DNA of 64,000 bases from Bdellovibrionota bacterium (GCA_044347345.1 JBIKUX010000015.1:1-64000); one strand, 5' to 3'. Counted from the stretch's first letter, positions 50,004 to 60,338 are shown. Numbers and translations are program-made. The notes: generated by a model not told the origin, from the sequence alone.

Positions 50004-50736
50004 GGGGTCGGTAGCAATAGTTACCGGAGGTTCACGTGGAATCGGTAGAGCCATAGCCATAGAGCTTGCTCGTCGTGGTGCTAAAGTAGCATTTAGTTAC
50101 ATTAGCCGTAGTGATGCCGCTCAAGAGACAATAGCCGCATGTGCGGCAGTAGATGGCACCGCCACAGCTTTTCAGTGTGATGTGATAAATAGTGAGCAAG
50201 TTCAGGAGAGCGTTGACCGAGTTGTTACTGATTTTGGTCGAGTGGATATTTTAGTCAATAATGCTGGCATTTCTCGTGATGGTTTGTTCGTTCGAATGAA
50301 GGATGAAGATTGGAATCTTACTCTTGCTACTAATCTAAACGGGGCTTTTTATTTCGCTCGAGCCGTTACTAAACCGATGATGAAGGCTCGTGGGGGTAGA
50401 ATAATAAACATATCATCTGTGGTGGGTGAAATGGGCAACGCAGGACAAGCATCTTACGTTACTTCTAAGGCAGGATTAATAGGCTTTACAAAGTCATTAG
50501 CTGTTGAGTTAGCGTCTCGGTCAATAACTGTAAATGCAGTTGCTCCTGGATTTATTGAGACTGAGATGACAGACGTCCTTGACGATAAGACCAAAGAGGC
50601 TCACCTATCTCACATTCCTCTTAAGCGTTTCGGGTCAGCTTCTGAGGTGGCTGCTGTAGTTTCCTTTTTATCAAGTCCGGCCGCCGCTTATATCACTGGT
50701 CAAACTATCCGTGTTAATGGTGGAATGTATTTATAA
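49987..50736 (+). CDS. fabG: 3-oxoacyl-ACP reductase
   Basis: TGGSRGIG, NNAGI.RD, YVTSK, APGFIET.MT and NGGM. Confidence 0.95.
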   Translation: MERYLEGSVAIVTGGSRGIGRAIAIELARRGAKVAFSYISRSDAAQETIAACAAVDGTATAFQCDVINSEQVQESVDRVVTDFGRVDILVNNAGISRDGLFVRMKDEDWNLTLATNLNGAFYFARAVTKPMMKARGGRIINISSVVGEMGNAGQASYVTSKAGLIGFTKSLAVELASRSITVNAVAPGFIETEMTDVLDDKTKEAHLSHIPLKRFGSASEVAAVVSFLSSPAAAYITGQTIRVNGGMYL

Positions 50737-50821
50737 ATATAATGTGACTAGCTTGGTAAACTAGACTATTAGTGAATTAGATTATTGATAATATTGTAAT
50801 TAGTAGGTTTTTAACAAAAGA

Positions 50822-50948
50822 TTGCTTTTATAAGTAAGGTAGGGAACGCTGGTAATATAGTTCAGGTACTACTTTGTATTGAGCTGATTATAGCTAATCT
50901 TTTAAGACGGTGACTTGCGTTCCAATACTGCCTTCACTATTTTAGCAG
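50822..50948 (+). ncRNA. Candidate structured RNA element of unassigned family
   Basis: AAGGTAG-GGAACGC (50836-50849) pairs with GCGTTCC...CTGCCTT (50917-50934), enclosing an inner hairpin at 50859-50885. Non-Watson-Crick pairs are G-U on the + strand. Confidence 0.4.
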
Positions 50949-50956
50949 ATTATCGT

Positions 50957-51004
50957 GTATTAAAGTCACAGTGGTATTAAATTCACATTGGTATTAAATT
51001 CATT
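50957..51004. repeat. 17-bp tandem repeat x~3 upstream of acpP
   Basis: GTATTAAAGTCACAGTG / GTATTAAATTCACATTG / GTATTAAATTCATT. Confidence 0.85.
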
Positions 51005-51112
51005 AAGGCTTTAATTTATTGTTTAGAACCATTAGGCAAAACTTAGTGGTTTAATCTACAATAGAGTACACAAAAGATGGTATAGGAACATGCGAACAAC
51101 GGGAGTAGCTTC

Positions 51113-51361
51113 ATGGCCTCAGCAGAAGAAATAACGGAACGCCTTAAAAGTATTGTTGTCGAGCAGCTTGGTGTTTCCAAAGAAGAAGTCACTAATGTAG
51201 CGTCATTCATCGAAGATCTCGGGGCGGATTCTCTTGATATAGTCGAGCTTATTATGGCGCTCGAAGAAGAGTACGGAATTGAGATTCCTGATGAAGATGC
51301 AGAAAAAATGCAAACTTTCAATGATGTTTTAACGTACATTATTGATAAGGTATCTGCATAA
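51113..51361 (+). CDS. acpP: Acyl carrier protein
   Basis: [19 protein letters not shown]. Confidence 0.97.
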   Translation: MASAEEITERLKSIVVEQLGVSKEEVTNVASFIEDLGADSLDIVELIMALEEEYGIEIPDEDAEKMQTFNDVLTYIIDKVSA

Positions 51362-51383
51362 CACTCTGAAAAAGTGAAAAGTC

Positions 51384-51413
51384 TCAGTAGAAATTGTAAA
51401 CAGTTTCTACTGA
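51384..51413 (+). terminator. Hairpin between acpP and glyA
   Basis: TCAGTAGAAATTG-TAAA-CAGTTTCTACTGA inverted repeat. Confidence 0.6.
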
Positions 51414-51445
51414 AAAGTTACACATAGTTACAAAAGAGAAAATCA

Positions 51446-52723
51446 ATGGTTGATATACGACCGTTATCTCAGGTAGACCCAGAAATCGCCGCTTTGATTC
51501 GTGAAGAGACTGAGCGTCAAGAGTATGGGCTTGAGATGATTCCATCTGAAAATTTCGTGAGTGAGGCGGTGCTTGAAGTTAATGGCTCATGCCTCACTAA
51601 CAAGTATGCGGAAGGTTTGCCTCATAAGCGTTATTATGGGGGGTGTGAGGTTGTAGATAAAGTTGAAGAGCTTGCCAACGAAAGAGCTAAGAAATTGTTT
51701 GGTTGTGACTTTGTAAATTCACAACCTCACTCTGGTGCTCAGGCCAATCAAGCTGTATATCACGCGCTTCTTTCGCCTGGAGATACCTTGATGGGTATGC
51801 GTCTTGACCACGGCGGTCATTTAACTCATGGAAGTCCGGTAAATTTTTCCGGTATCTACTACAAGGTGGTAGCCTATGGGGTAAGAGAGGACACGCACTT
51901 AATAGATATGGATCAAGTGCGAGATATAGCTAAAGCTCATAAACCTAAAATAATCGTAACTGGCGCATCTTCTTATTCTCGTCACATTGATTTTGCCGCT
52001 TTTCGTCAGATTGCTGATGAAGTAGGTGCATTTTTGCTGGCTGATATCGCTCATTATTCCGGTTTAGTAGCTGCTGGTGAATATCCCAATCCGGTACCTG
52101 TTTGTGATGTAGTGACTACTACCACTCATAAAACTCTTCGGGGGCCTAGATCCGGCATAGTTATGGCTCGAGAGCAGTTTAAAAAGGCTATCAATAAGGC
52201 TGTTTTCCCTGGATTACAGGGTGGTCCACACATGCACACCATAGCCGCAAAAGCAGTAGCTTTCCTTGAAGCCTTGCAGCCTTCCTTTAAGGAATATCAA
52301 CAAAAAGTCATCAGTAATGCGCGTGTTCTGGCTGGAGAACTTCAAGCACAGGGGTTTGCCATCGTTTCTGGAGGAACAGATTCCCATCTTCTTGTTGTTG
52401 ATCTTCGTCCAGTTGGTACTACTGGTAAGATAGCTCAGGAGGTTCTTGATTTGGTCGGGATCACTGGTAACAAGAATGGATTACCTTATGATCCGCAACC
52501 CCCTACTATATGTAGTGGGATTCGCCTTGGTACTCCTGCTCTCACATCTAGGGGTATGGGACATGATGAGATGAAACGTATTGCTCAGCTTATAAAAGAA
52601 GTTCTCTCCGCTGCTAAAGATAGCTCTCAAGCAGTGCCAGATAAGGTGTTGAATTCTGTGAGAGATGAGGTGAGAGAGATAAGTAAAAGATTCCCTCTAT
52701 ATCCTCATAGATTAGTAAGATAG
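51446..52723 (+). CDS. glyA: Serine hydroxymethyltransferase
   Basis: SENF, NKYAEG...[24 protein letters not shown] and FPGLQGGP. Confidence 0.98.
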   Translation: MVDIRPLSQVDPEIAALIREETERQEYGLEMIPSENFVSEAVLEVNGSCLTNKYAEGLPHKRYYGGCEVVDKVEELANERAKKLFGCDFVNSQPHSGAQANQAVYHALLSPGDTLMGMRLDHGGHLTHGSPVNFSGIYYKVVAYGVREDTHLIDMDQVRDIAKAHKPKIIVTGASSYSRHIDFAAFRQIADEVGAFLLADIAHYSGLVAAGEYPNPVPVCDVVTTTTHKTLRGPRSGIVMAREQFKKAINKAVFPGLQGGPHMHTIAAKAVAFLEALQPSFKEYQQKVISNARVLAGELQAQGFAIVSGGTDSHLLVVDLRPVGTTGKIAQEVLDLVGITGNKNGLPYDPQPPTICSGIRLGTPALTSRGMGHDEMKRIAQLIKEVLSAAKDSSQAVPDKVLNSVRDEVREISKRFPLYPHRLVR

Positions 52724-52816
52724 CGCATAACTTATTAGGATTTTTGTAAAATAAGACCTTAATTTTCGACGGTAGTTATCGAGAGAAAAACTAGGGTATT
52801 CTCTAAATAGTGCCTT

Positions 52817-53293
52817 ATGAGATGTTTGCGGTGTGGTGCTGACAAGAATTCCGTTATAGATTCTAGGGCTGATGGGGCATTAATTCGTCGTCGTAGAGAA
52901 TGTAATCAGTGTGGTTATCGTTTCTCAACTCTTGAGAGAATCGAGCTCGTACTTCCAATGGTAGTAAAAAAAGACGGTCGTCGGGAAGCTTTCTCTTCCG
53001 AAAAAGTAAGAAAAGGTCTTGAACGAGCGTGTGAAAAGCGCCCCATTAGTTCAGAAACTATAGGTCGGTTACTCGAATGTCTTGAAGTACAGGTGGCTGA
53101 GCGAGGCGGAAAGGAGATTACTACAAACGAGATCGGCATGAATGTGCTTGTGTTACTGAGGAGTGTTGATCAAATTGCTTATGTTAGGTTTGCATCAGTA
53201 TATGGAGCTTTTTCAACTATTGATCAATTTTTAGATATACTTTCCTCCCTTCAGGAAACAGTTCAAATTTCAAATGTAGTTGGTGAATCGTGA
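52817..53293 (+). CDS. nrdR: Transcriptional repressor NrdR
   Basis: CxxC...VIDSR...IRRRREC..C..RF.T.E, an ATP-cone and AYVRFASVY. Confidence 0.95.
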   Translation: MRCLRCGADKNSVIDSRADGALIRRRRECNQCGYRFSTLERIELVLPMVVKKDGRREAFSSEKVRKGLERACEKRPISSETIGRLLECLEVQVAERGGKEITTNEIGMNVLVLLRSVDQIAYVRFASVYGAFSTIDQFLDILSSLQETVQISNVVGES

Positions 53294-54495
53294 GTAAATT
53301 TGAATTATCATCGTTTGAAGAGGTTCTTAATGCCTTTTCTGAAGGACGACCGATTGTGATGGTCGATGAATCTACTAGAGAAAATGAGGGTGATTTAGTT
53401 GTTGCTTCAGAGCATATCAGAGCAGATCAGATAGCTTTTATGATTCGCCATTGTCGAGGTCTTCCGTGTATCACAATTTCAGGTGAAGTTGCTCGCACAA
53501 AAGTATTGCCCTATCAGGTATGTGATAATAGGTCAGCATTTCAAACGCCATTCGCTGTTAGTATTGATCACGTATCTGTCGGTGAATTTGGTGGGTCAGC
53601 TTCCGGTAGAGCTACTACAATTAGACGACTTGTATCATCTGATTCTCAAGCTAAGGAATTTATTACTCCGGGTAATGTCTTTCCACTTGTTGCTCATCCA
53701 AGAGGTGTTTTTGGCCGTCGAGGTCAAACTGAGGGTTCATTTGACCTTGCTCGACTGGCTGGTGGAGTAGCTTCTGCCGTGATTTGTGAGATCCTAGATG
53801 AAAATGGTTGTGTAAGGAGAGGAGAGGATTTGTGGCGCTTTTGTCGAGACTATGATCTTCCGATAACTTCTGTTGTATCTGTTCTGCAAGAGAGGAATAA
53901 GCGGGAGCCTTGGGTTCATATTACTGCGTCTGCTGAAGTTGTCTCTGACTATGGTATTTTTAGGACAGAAGTAGTTGAAGATGAGGCATCTAACAAAGAG
54001 CATCTGGTTTTGACACATGGTGCTCCTTCAGATAAGCACACATATCCTTTAGTGCGAATTCATTCCGAGTGTCTTACCGGTGATCTACTTCAGAGTGAGC
54101 GATGTGATTGTGGCCCCCAGCTTGATCAAGCCATGAAAGCAATTATTAATTCTGGTTATGGAATTGTTATTTATCTTCGACAAGAAGGCAGAGGAATAGG
54201 ATTATCTAATAAACTTAGAGCTTATTCTCTGCAAGATAAAGGATTAGATACTGTTGAAGCTAATGAAGCTTTGGGTTTTGCCGCTGATCAGAGAGATTTT
54301 TCTGTAGCAACCTCCATTCTCAAAGCAAAAGGTCATTTACATATAAATCTTCTCACAAACAATCCAAATAAAGTTAGTACTCTTACCGCAGGCGGTATTA
54401 AGGTGGTTGAAAGAATACCTTTGATAATTCAGCCAACCACTCATTCAAAAAATTATTTATTAACAAAGCGCGAAAAATTAGGGCATTTTTTGTAG
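53290..54495 (+). CDS. ribBA: RibBA fusion: DHBP synthase domain (possibly degenerate) + GTP cyclohydrolase II
   Basis: RENEGDL and CEI in the N-domain; RIHSECLTGD, RCDCG, QEGRGIGL.NK..AY and TNNP.K in the C-domain. Confidence 0.92.
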   Translation: MSKFELSSFEEVLNAFSEGRPIVMVDESTRENEGDLVVASEHIRADQIAFMIRHCRGLPCITISGEVARTKVLPYQVCDNRSAFQTPFAVSIDHVSVGEFGGSASGRATTIRRLVSSDSQAKEFITPGNVFPLVAHPRGVFGRRGQTEGSFDLARLAGGVASAVICEILDENGCVRRGEDLWRFCRDYDLPITSVVSVLQERNKREPWVHITASAEVVSDYGIFRTEVVEDEASNKEHLVLTHGAPSDKHTYPLVRIHSECLTGDLLQSERCDCGPQLDQAMKAIINSGYGIVIYLRQEGRGIGLSNKLRAYSLQDKGLDTVEANEALGFAADQRDFSVATSILKAKGHLHINLLTNNPNKVSTLTAGGIKVVERIPLIIQPTTHSKNYLLTKREKLGHFL

Positions 54496-54972
54496 GTGAT
54501 TATGAAAGTAATTTCTGGGACTTTTTTAGGTAGTGGTATGCGTATAGCTGTAGTTGCCGCGCGTTTCAATGAGTTTTTGGTATCTCACTTAATAACCGGT
54601 GCGACCAGTTCGCTTAAGCAGCTTGGCGTAGCTGAAAGTGACATTTTGATAGTGCGTGTTCCAGGTAGTTTTGAGCTTCCATTAATCTGTCAGACGCTCG
54701 CTTTGAGTAAGCAATATGATGCTATTGTGGCCTTGGGCGTGATTGTTCGTGGAGCTACAAATCATTTTGATCTTGTATGCAACGAGGCCGCTAAAGGTAT
54801 AGCTTCTGTTAGCAGAGAGCTAAATATACCAGTAATATTTGGGGTAGTAACGGCAGATTCTTTAGAACAAGCGATGGAAAGGTGTGGAACCAAAGCTGGT
54901 AATAAGGGGTCTGATGCTGCGGTGGCGGCCGTTGAAATGGTTTCGCTTATGCGAACTCTTTGTGGTTCTTAA
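54496..54972 (+). CDS. ribH: 6,7-dimethyl-8-ribityllumazine synthase
   Basis: ARFN, VPGSFELP, GVIVRGAT.HF, FGV.T and GNKG. Confidence 0.96.
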   Translation: MIMKVISGTFLGSGMRIAVVAARFNEFLVSHLITGATSSLKQLGVAESDILIVRVPGSFELPLICQTLALSKQYDAIVALGVIVRGATNHFDLVCNEAAKGIASVSRELNIPVIFGVVTADSLEQAMERCGTKAGNKGSDAAVAAVEMVSLMRTLCGS

Positions 54973-55034
54973 AAAGTGATAATTTAATATAATAGGTAGT
55001 AGTCATTTTTATGGTGCTAAACTAACATACCGAT

Positions 55035-55967
55035 ATGTTAAGTTTATCACTTCGTACACCTTTAATTTTCTCCTCTGCATTTGAAAAAATACTAAAGTGT
55101 AAGGTTTGGCTGAAGATGGAGTGTTATCAGCCTACCGGTTCATTTAAGGCCAGAGGTATTGGTCATTTAGCACAGTATGAAGTTCATAGCGGAAAAAAGC
55201 GATTAGTAGCCTCATCTGGAGGTAATGCTGGTTTAGCTGTGGCTTACGCTGCTCATTGTCTTGGTGTATCAGCCAGCGTGGTTGTACCTGAAGCTACAGG
55301 AGTACGAGCAAGAGAACTCATGACAGCTTTTAATGCTGAGGTGCTTGTTCATGGAGCAAGTTGGCAAGAAGCGCATGAGTATGCTCAAACACTTCTTGAT
55401 GCTGATTCTGCTTACATTCATCCCTTCGATCATCCGCTAATCTGGGCAGGACATGCACGGATGGTTGAGGAAATAGCTGAGGATCTTTCTTCAGTTCCTT
55501 CAGCTTTTGTTCTTTCAGTAGGCGGAGGGGGACTTCTTAGCGGAGTATGTGAAGGAATGGCAAGAGTAGGTTGGAATGATATTCCTATTTTAGCTATTGA
55601 AACAGAGGGTGCTGCATCTTTTGCCGCCGCTCGCGAAGCTGGAAAATTAGTAATGCTTGACAAAATTACATCAGTGGCCACTACTCTCGGAGCCAAGAGA
55701 GTAGCATTATCTGCACTTGAATGGACAAAGAAGCATCCTATTGAGAATATTACCGTTTCAGATTGTCATGCAGTTGAAAGTTGTTACCGGTTTCTTGATG
55801 ATCATCGGGTATTAGTAGAACCAGCATGTGGGGCTGCGCTATCTCCACTATATGACAGCCATAAATTTTTCTCTCAATGTGAGCAAGTTGTAGTAATTGT
55901 TTGTGGAGGTGCTGGTATCACTCTTGATGCTCTTCATAATTATAGACATCAGTGTGGATATATATAA
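55035..55967 (+). CDS. PLP-dependent L-serine/threonine dehydratase (fold type II)
   Basis: LKME..QP.GSFK.RG, SSGGNAG, HPFD, SVGGGGL, EPACGA and IVCGG. Confidence 0.88.
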   Translation: MLSLSLRTPLIFSSAFEKILKCKVWLKMECYQPTGSFKARGIGHLAQYEVHSGKKRLVASSGGNAGLAVAYAAHCLGVSASVVVPEATGVRARELMTAFNAEVLVHGASWQEAHEYAQTLLDADSAYIHPFDHPLIWAGHARMVEEIAEDLSSVPSAFVLSVGGGGLLSGVCEGMARVGWNDIPILAIETEGAASFAAAREAGKLVMLDKITSVATTLGAKRVALSALEWTKKHPIENITVSDCHAVESCYRFLDDHRVLVEPACGAALSPLYDSHKFFSQCEQVVVIVCGGAGITLDALHNYRHQCGYI

Positions 55968-56025
55968 CTTTTAGCTTAGCTGTCGTTTTGCTGAATTAAT
56001 CGGAATTTTTTATTTGTTCAAGAAG

Positions 56026-57381
56026 CTATTCTTGTGGAATCTTTTTGCCATGAGGGTCAGATACACTTTGCCCTCCTTCTTTTTCAAGAAGATTAACCAT
56101 ATCTTTTGCTGTAAAGTGTTCAAGTCGTTCGGCGACTGAATGGACGTGATCTGGTCTAATTCCAACAAGTTGATATAAGTACACTTCCCATAGACGATGA
56201 GATCTGACAACGGCACGACCTTTGGTCGCTCCCTTAGGAGTCAGAGAGATAACTTGATTCTGATCTTTTCGGATATTACCGTTTTTTTTGAGCATTCGTA
56301 ATGCACGCCACCCGATAAAATTATTAGCTGATAAATGACGTAATCGAGCCTCTGTTATAGGAGATGGGGCAAGAGAAAATGAAGTTGATTCAGCGCTCTC
56401 TTGAGCACGTACTAAAGCTCCTAGCATATCCTCTGCGGTGATTTGTACAGCAAGTTTATGTTGACGTAGCCTTCGTCCTATAATGCCGTAACGAGGAGCT
56501 AGTAGAATTGTTAAAGATAAAGTACAACCAGAAACAACAGTCATCATTCCTGCAGCACTAACTGTGGTATTATAGCCTAAAATTTTTATACCTTGAGTAG
56601 CAACTAAGTAACCTATTATACAATTTAAGAAAGCAACAACACCGCTGATAATAAGTTGATTAGTGAGTTTATCTGTTAAGAGCCTGCCGGTTGCCGCCGG
56701 ACAAATGAGCATGGAAATCACTAGAATTGAGCCTACAGCTTTGAATGAAATAACTACCGCGATAGCTACAAAAAACCCCAATCCATAATGAATAATAGAG
56801 CTTGAATAACCCAAAGAATTTCCAAGGGATGGATCAAATGTGGCAATTAGAAGTTCTTTATAGAAGAGGTAAATTGTTAAGATAGTTAAAATTAGAACTA
56901 CAAAACTTGTAAGAACTTCTTCAGGAAGAGCTGAAAAAGTATGCAATGAAAAAAGTTGTTCAGGCGGTATCCAAAAAAGAGCTTCTAATTGACCATAAAG
57001 TACGCAGTTTGCATCGAGATCAATTGAGCGAGCTCCGGTTTTTTCGATAAGAATGACGCCTAAAGCAAAAAAAGTAGAGAATACTACTCCCAAAGCAGTG
57101 TCGGGATGAAGACGACCCCATTGCTTGAGAAAATCGACTAAAAGCATGGAAAGAATACCTGCAACGCTTGCTCCAAGTAGCATTACATAGGTGTCTCTGC
57201 TCTCAAACAATAAAAAAGCTACCACGATACCTGGTAGAACAGAGTGCGAAATTGAGTCACCAAGAAGGCTCTGACGTCTTAAAATAAGATAATTTCCAAG
57301 TAGAGCACATATAATACTACTCGAAAGAGCTGTTAACAGTGGTGGAATATCTAGTGCGATTATATCGTCGACACTTATCAT
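56026..57381 (-). CDS. Mn/Zn/Fe ABC permease fused to a C-terminal DtxR-like domain
   Basis: GDSISHSVLPG, LYGQ and TFDP permease motifs. The C-terminal ~135 aa contain LTPKG...HRLWE.YL......HVH..AE.LEH...DPHG..IP. Confidence 0.88.
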   Translation of the reverse strand: MISVDDIIALDIPPLLTALSSSIICALLGNYLILRRQSLLGDSISHSVLPGIVVAFLLFESRDTYVMLLGASVAGILSMLLVDFLKQWGRLHPDTALGVVFSTFFALGVILIEKTGARSIDLDANCVLYGQLEALFWIPPEQLFSLHTFSALPEEVLTSFVVLILTILTIYLFYKELLIATFDPSLGNSLGYSSSIIHYGLGFFVAIAVVISFKAVGSILVISMLICPAATGRLLTDKLTNQLIISGVVAFLNCIIGYLVATQGIKILGYNTTVSAAGMMTVVSGCTLSLTILLAPRYGIIGRRLRQHKLAVQITAEDMLGALVRAQESAESTSFSLAPSPITEARLRHLSANNFIGWRALRMLKKNGNIRKDQNQVISLTPKGATKGRAVVRSHRLWEVYLYQLVGIRPDHVHSVAERLEHFTAKDMVNLLEKEGGQSVSDPHGKKIPQE

Positions 57382-57405
57382 AAATTTGATTGAATAACTT
57401 GATAA

Positions 57406-58311
57406 TTAATTTTTAGTCCAACTCTTGGCGATAATACCGCGCTTAGGAGAGAACATTAAACTAAAGAAAAATATGAAGCTTGCACATATAACTATAACAG
57501 CACCCGTAGGCATATTTGGAATTAAAGCAGATGTGCTTGCTCCAATGTATGCACTTATTCCACCTATGCTGCCACTAATAAAAGTCAACTTAAGCAGGTT
57601 ATCTGTCCAGAATCTAGCACCAGCAGGTGGTATAATTAGCAGGGCTACGATCATAAGAAGACCTACGACTTGTAGTCCAATAACAGTAACTAGTACAAGT
57701 AAAAATAACATGATTGAATCAATTAAAGTTACCGACCAACCAAGAGATAGGGTATAATCACTGTCAAAACAGACACATCTAAACTCTTTTAGAAAGAGAA
57801 AAGTTATTATTATTGAAAGCACGGCAACACAAGCTACTAAAGTTGCATCAGATGCAGTCATTGATGCTGCTTGTCCAAAGATGAAATTTTGTAAGCCACC
57901 TTCGTTACCAGTTTGAGATTGTTGAACTATACTGAGTCCAACGGTGCCAGCACCAAAAAAAACACTTAGTACGATTCCTATAGCTGCATCTTGAGTTAGG
58001 CGAGTGTATTTACTTATTGCTTGTACTGATAGCATTCCTAGCACTCCGGAACATGTTGCGCCCAGAAGTAATAAGGGTAAAGAGCGTTGGTTTATTCCTA
58101 AAACAGGACCGACAAAAAATGCGCTACATAAGCCTGGTAGTGTACTATGAGCTAAAGCATCGCCGATGAGAGCCCTTTTTCGTAGTACTGTAAATGTACC
58201 TACTATACTCGCTCCAATACCGAGACAAATAGTGCCAATTAAAACTATATTAGTATTGTATCCGCTGTTAAAGCAGAGAATGCGCAGAAATTCGCTTAAT
58301 GAGTTACTCAT
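57406..58311 (-). CDS. Mn/Zn/Fe ABC transporter permease (TroC/MntC-like)
   Basis: GDALAHSTLPG, DAAIG, FGQAA, FKEF...FD and PTGA.IV. Confidence 0.92.
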   Translation of the reverse strand: MSNSLSEFLRILCFNSGYNTNIVLIGTICLGIGASIVGTFTVLRKRALIGDALAHSTLPGLCSAFFVGPVLGINQRSLPLLLLGATCSGVLGMLSVQAISKYTRLTQDAAIGIVLSVFFGAGTVGLSIVQQSQTGNEGGLQNFIFGQAASMTASDATLVACVAVLSIIITFLFLKEFRCVCFDSDYTLSLGWSVTLIDSIMLFLLVLVTVIGLQVVGLLMIVALLIIPPAGARFWTDNLLKLTFISGSIGGISAYIGASTSALIPNMPTGAVIVICASFIFFFSLMFSPKRGIIAKSWTKN

Positions 58312-58322
58312 AGCTTGTTTTG

Positions 58323-59210
58323 CTACTTGCTTGTTTCTTCGCCTCGACGTGCACGTCCCATTGATTCTGTAGCTTTGGATAGAAGGGTAAGCTTGCCACC
58401 GTAAGTTCGTTTAAGGTTATCCGGTGTAAAAGTTTTTTCTACTGAACCTGCTGCCACAACATGAGAGTTTAAGAGTAAAACGTGATCAAAGTATTCAGGT
58501 ACTGTCGTAATATCATGATGCACACATATTACAGTAGTGCCATTAGAGCGCATTTTACGAAGAATTTCTATGATAGTTTGCTCAGTGCTTGCATCAATTC
58601 CTGCAAAAGGTTCATCCATAAAGTAGAGTTTTGCTTCTTGGGCAAGAGCTCTAGCAATAAATATTCTCTGCTGTTGTCCTCCTGATAGTTGATTAATTTG
58701 ACGGTCTGCTAACTCTGATAATCCAACTTGATTTAGGAACTCGCGAGCCCGTTCGATATGGCCTCGTCCTACTCTGTGACACCACCCAACTTTGCCGTAT
58801 CTTCCCATTGTAACAACCTCAAGAGCTGAAATTGGAAAATCCCAGTCTACGGATTCACGTTGCGGCACATATCCAACTGCATCTCGCACTACTTTGAGTG
58901 GCTTGCCCCAAAACTCAATTGTACCAATTACATTAGGGATAAGACCTAAGCAGGCTTTTATAAATGTCGATTTACCAGCACCGTTTGGACCTACTACTGC
59001 TATTAGTGCAGGAGATGATGGCGCATCATAGTCTATATCCCATAATACCGGAGTACTTTGGTATGCTACTGAAAGAGAGTGCACAGATAGAGGGCTGGTA
59101 ATAGAATGTTCTGGATGATTTAAAAGACTAGAAGTTTGATTGATAGAGGAAAAAACCTTAGTGCTATTAGAAAAAATTTGGGTAATGGTAGAAAAAAAAG
59201 GAATGCTCAT
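58323..59210 (-). CDS. Metal ABC transporter ATPase (TroB/MntB-like)
   Basis: [32 protein letters not shown] and VHHD. Confidence 0.94.
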   Translation of the reverse strand: MSIPFFSTITQIFSNSTKVFSSINQTSSLLNHPEHSITSPLSVHSLSVAYQSTPVLWDIDYDAPSSPALIAVVGPNGAGKSTFIKACLGLIPNVIGTIEFWGKPLKVVRDAVGYVPQRESVDWDFPISALEVVTMGRYGKVGWCHRVGRGHIERAREFLNQVGLSELADRQINQLSGGQQQRIFIARALAQEAKLYFMDEPFAGIDASTEQTIIEILRKMRSNGTTVICVHHDITTVPEYFDHVLLLNSHVVAAGSVEKTFTPDNLKRTYGGKLTLLSKATESMGRARRGEETSK

Positions 59211-59311
59211 TAAATCTATGATTTAAAAAATATCGGTGCCAGCGAGATTATCTGAGTACATTGTTCACTAGTTCAAAAAGTTTCTTCTTACTTAATTAAT
59301 CTTTAATGGCA

Positions 59312-60319
59312 TTATTCGACACTTATTAATCCTTGCCAACCTTTTTTAGGAGCTTCGCCACCGAGAGAACGACTAATAGTGGTGATATTATGGTCAAGCA
59401 TACCTAAATAAGTTCCTTCGTATGTTCCAGGGGGACCCATAGCGTCCGAGTATAAATTACCACCGATTTTTAATGGATGGTTGAGCTTCGATGCTCCCTC
59501 AATGAGCGCATTTATGTTGCGCTGAGATATCGTTGATTCTACGAAAACAGCTTTTACGTTGCGATTAACACTTTCCTTTACCAAGCCTTCTATGTCTCGT
59601 ACTGATGCCTCTGATTCTGTGCTTATTCCTTGTAAGCTTCGCACTTCAAGCCCGTATCTCCTGGCAAAATAATGAAATGCGTCATGTGCGGTGATTAGAA
59701 TTTTTGAAGTTTTAGGGATAGAGCTAAGAGCTTTTTTAGCATACTGGTCAAGTGAGCTGAGTTTTTTCTGATATTCTGCAGAATTTTCTCGTATCTCTTT
59801 TGCATAAGAGGGGTATAACCTGACGATTTCAATCGTCAGATTTTCAACAACCTCTGACCATAATACTGGATCCATCCAAATATGGGGGTCGTAGTGGCCA
59901 GAGGAAGCGATTCCCTCCGGAGTCAGCAATTTAGACTTATCAATAAGTGAGCCAGCAAAAATTATGCGAGGACTTTTAAAGTTTTGTCTTGATGAAGCGT
60001 TGGAAATTCTAGTTAAAGCTTCAGTCATTCTACCCTCAAGTAGCAGACCATTTGCAATTATGAGAGACGCATTATAGAGAAGTGCGATATCGGACCTCGT
60101 TGGCTGATATAAGTGAGGGTCTACTCCCACTCCCATGATACTAGTAACATTAGCGTAGCCTTTAAAAATCTGTTTAGTAGCGTCGGCAAGCATACCTGTG
60201 GTGGTGGTTACATAGATTGTTGCCTGTTCTGCTGTCGAAACTTTGCATACAACAGCATTTATTATTAAGCTAATGCTAAAAAAAGAAAAAAAGTACAATA
60301 TAGATTTGATTTTTTTCAT
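59312..60319 (-). CDS. Metal ABC transporter substrate-binding protein (TroA/MntA-like)
   Basis: DPHLY, DPHIW, TAHDAF.YF and LYSD (3 His + Asp). The signal peptide starts at ATG 60319; the longer ORF would overlap mntR. Confidence 0.92.
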   Translation of the reverse strand: MKKIKSILYFFSFFSISLIINAVVCKVSTAEQATIYVTTTTGMLADATKQIFKGYANVTSIMGVGVDPHLYQPTRSDIALLYNASLIIANGLLLEGRMTEALTRISNASSRQNFKSPRIIFAGSLIDKSKLLTPEGIASSGHYDPHIWMDPVLWSEVVENLTIEIVRLYPSYAKEIRENSAEYQKKLSSLDQYAKKALSSIPKTSKILITAHDAFHYFARRYGLEVRSLQGISTESEASVRDIEGLVKESVNRNVKAVFVESTISQRNINALIEGASKLNHPLKIGGNLYSDAMGPPGTYEGTYLGMLDHNITTISRSLGGEAPKKGWQGLISVE

Positions 60320-60338
60320 TGTTTTCAGTATACACACA

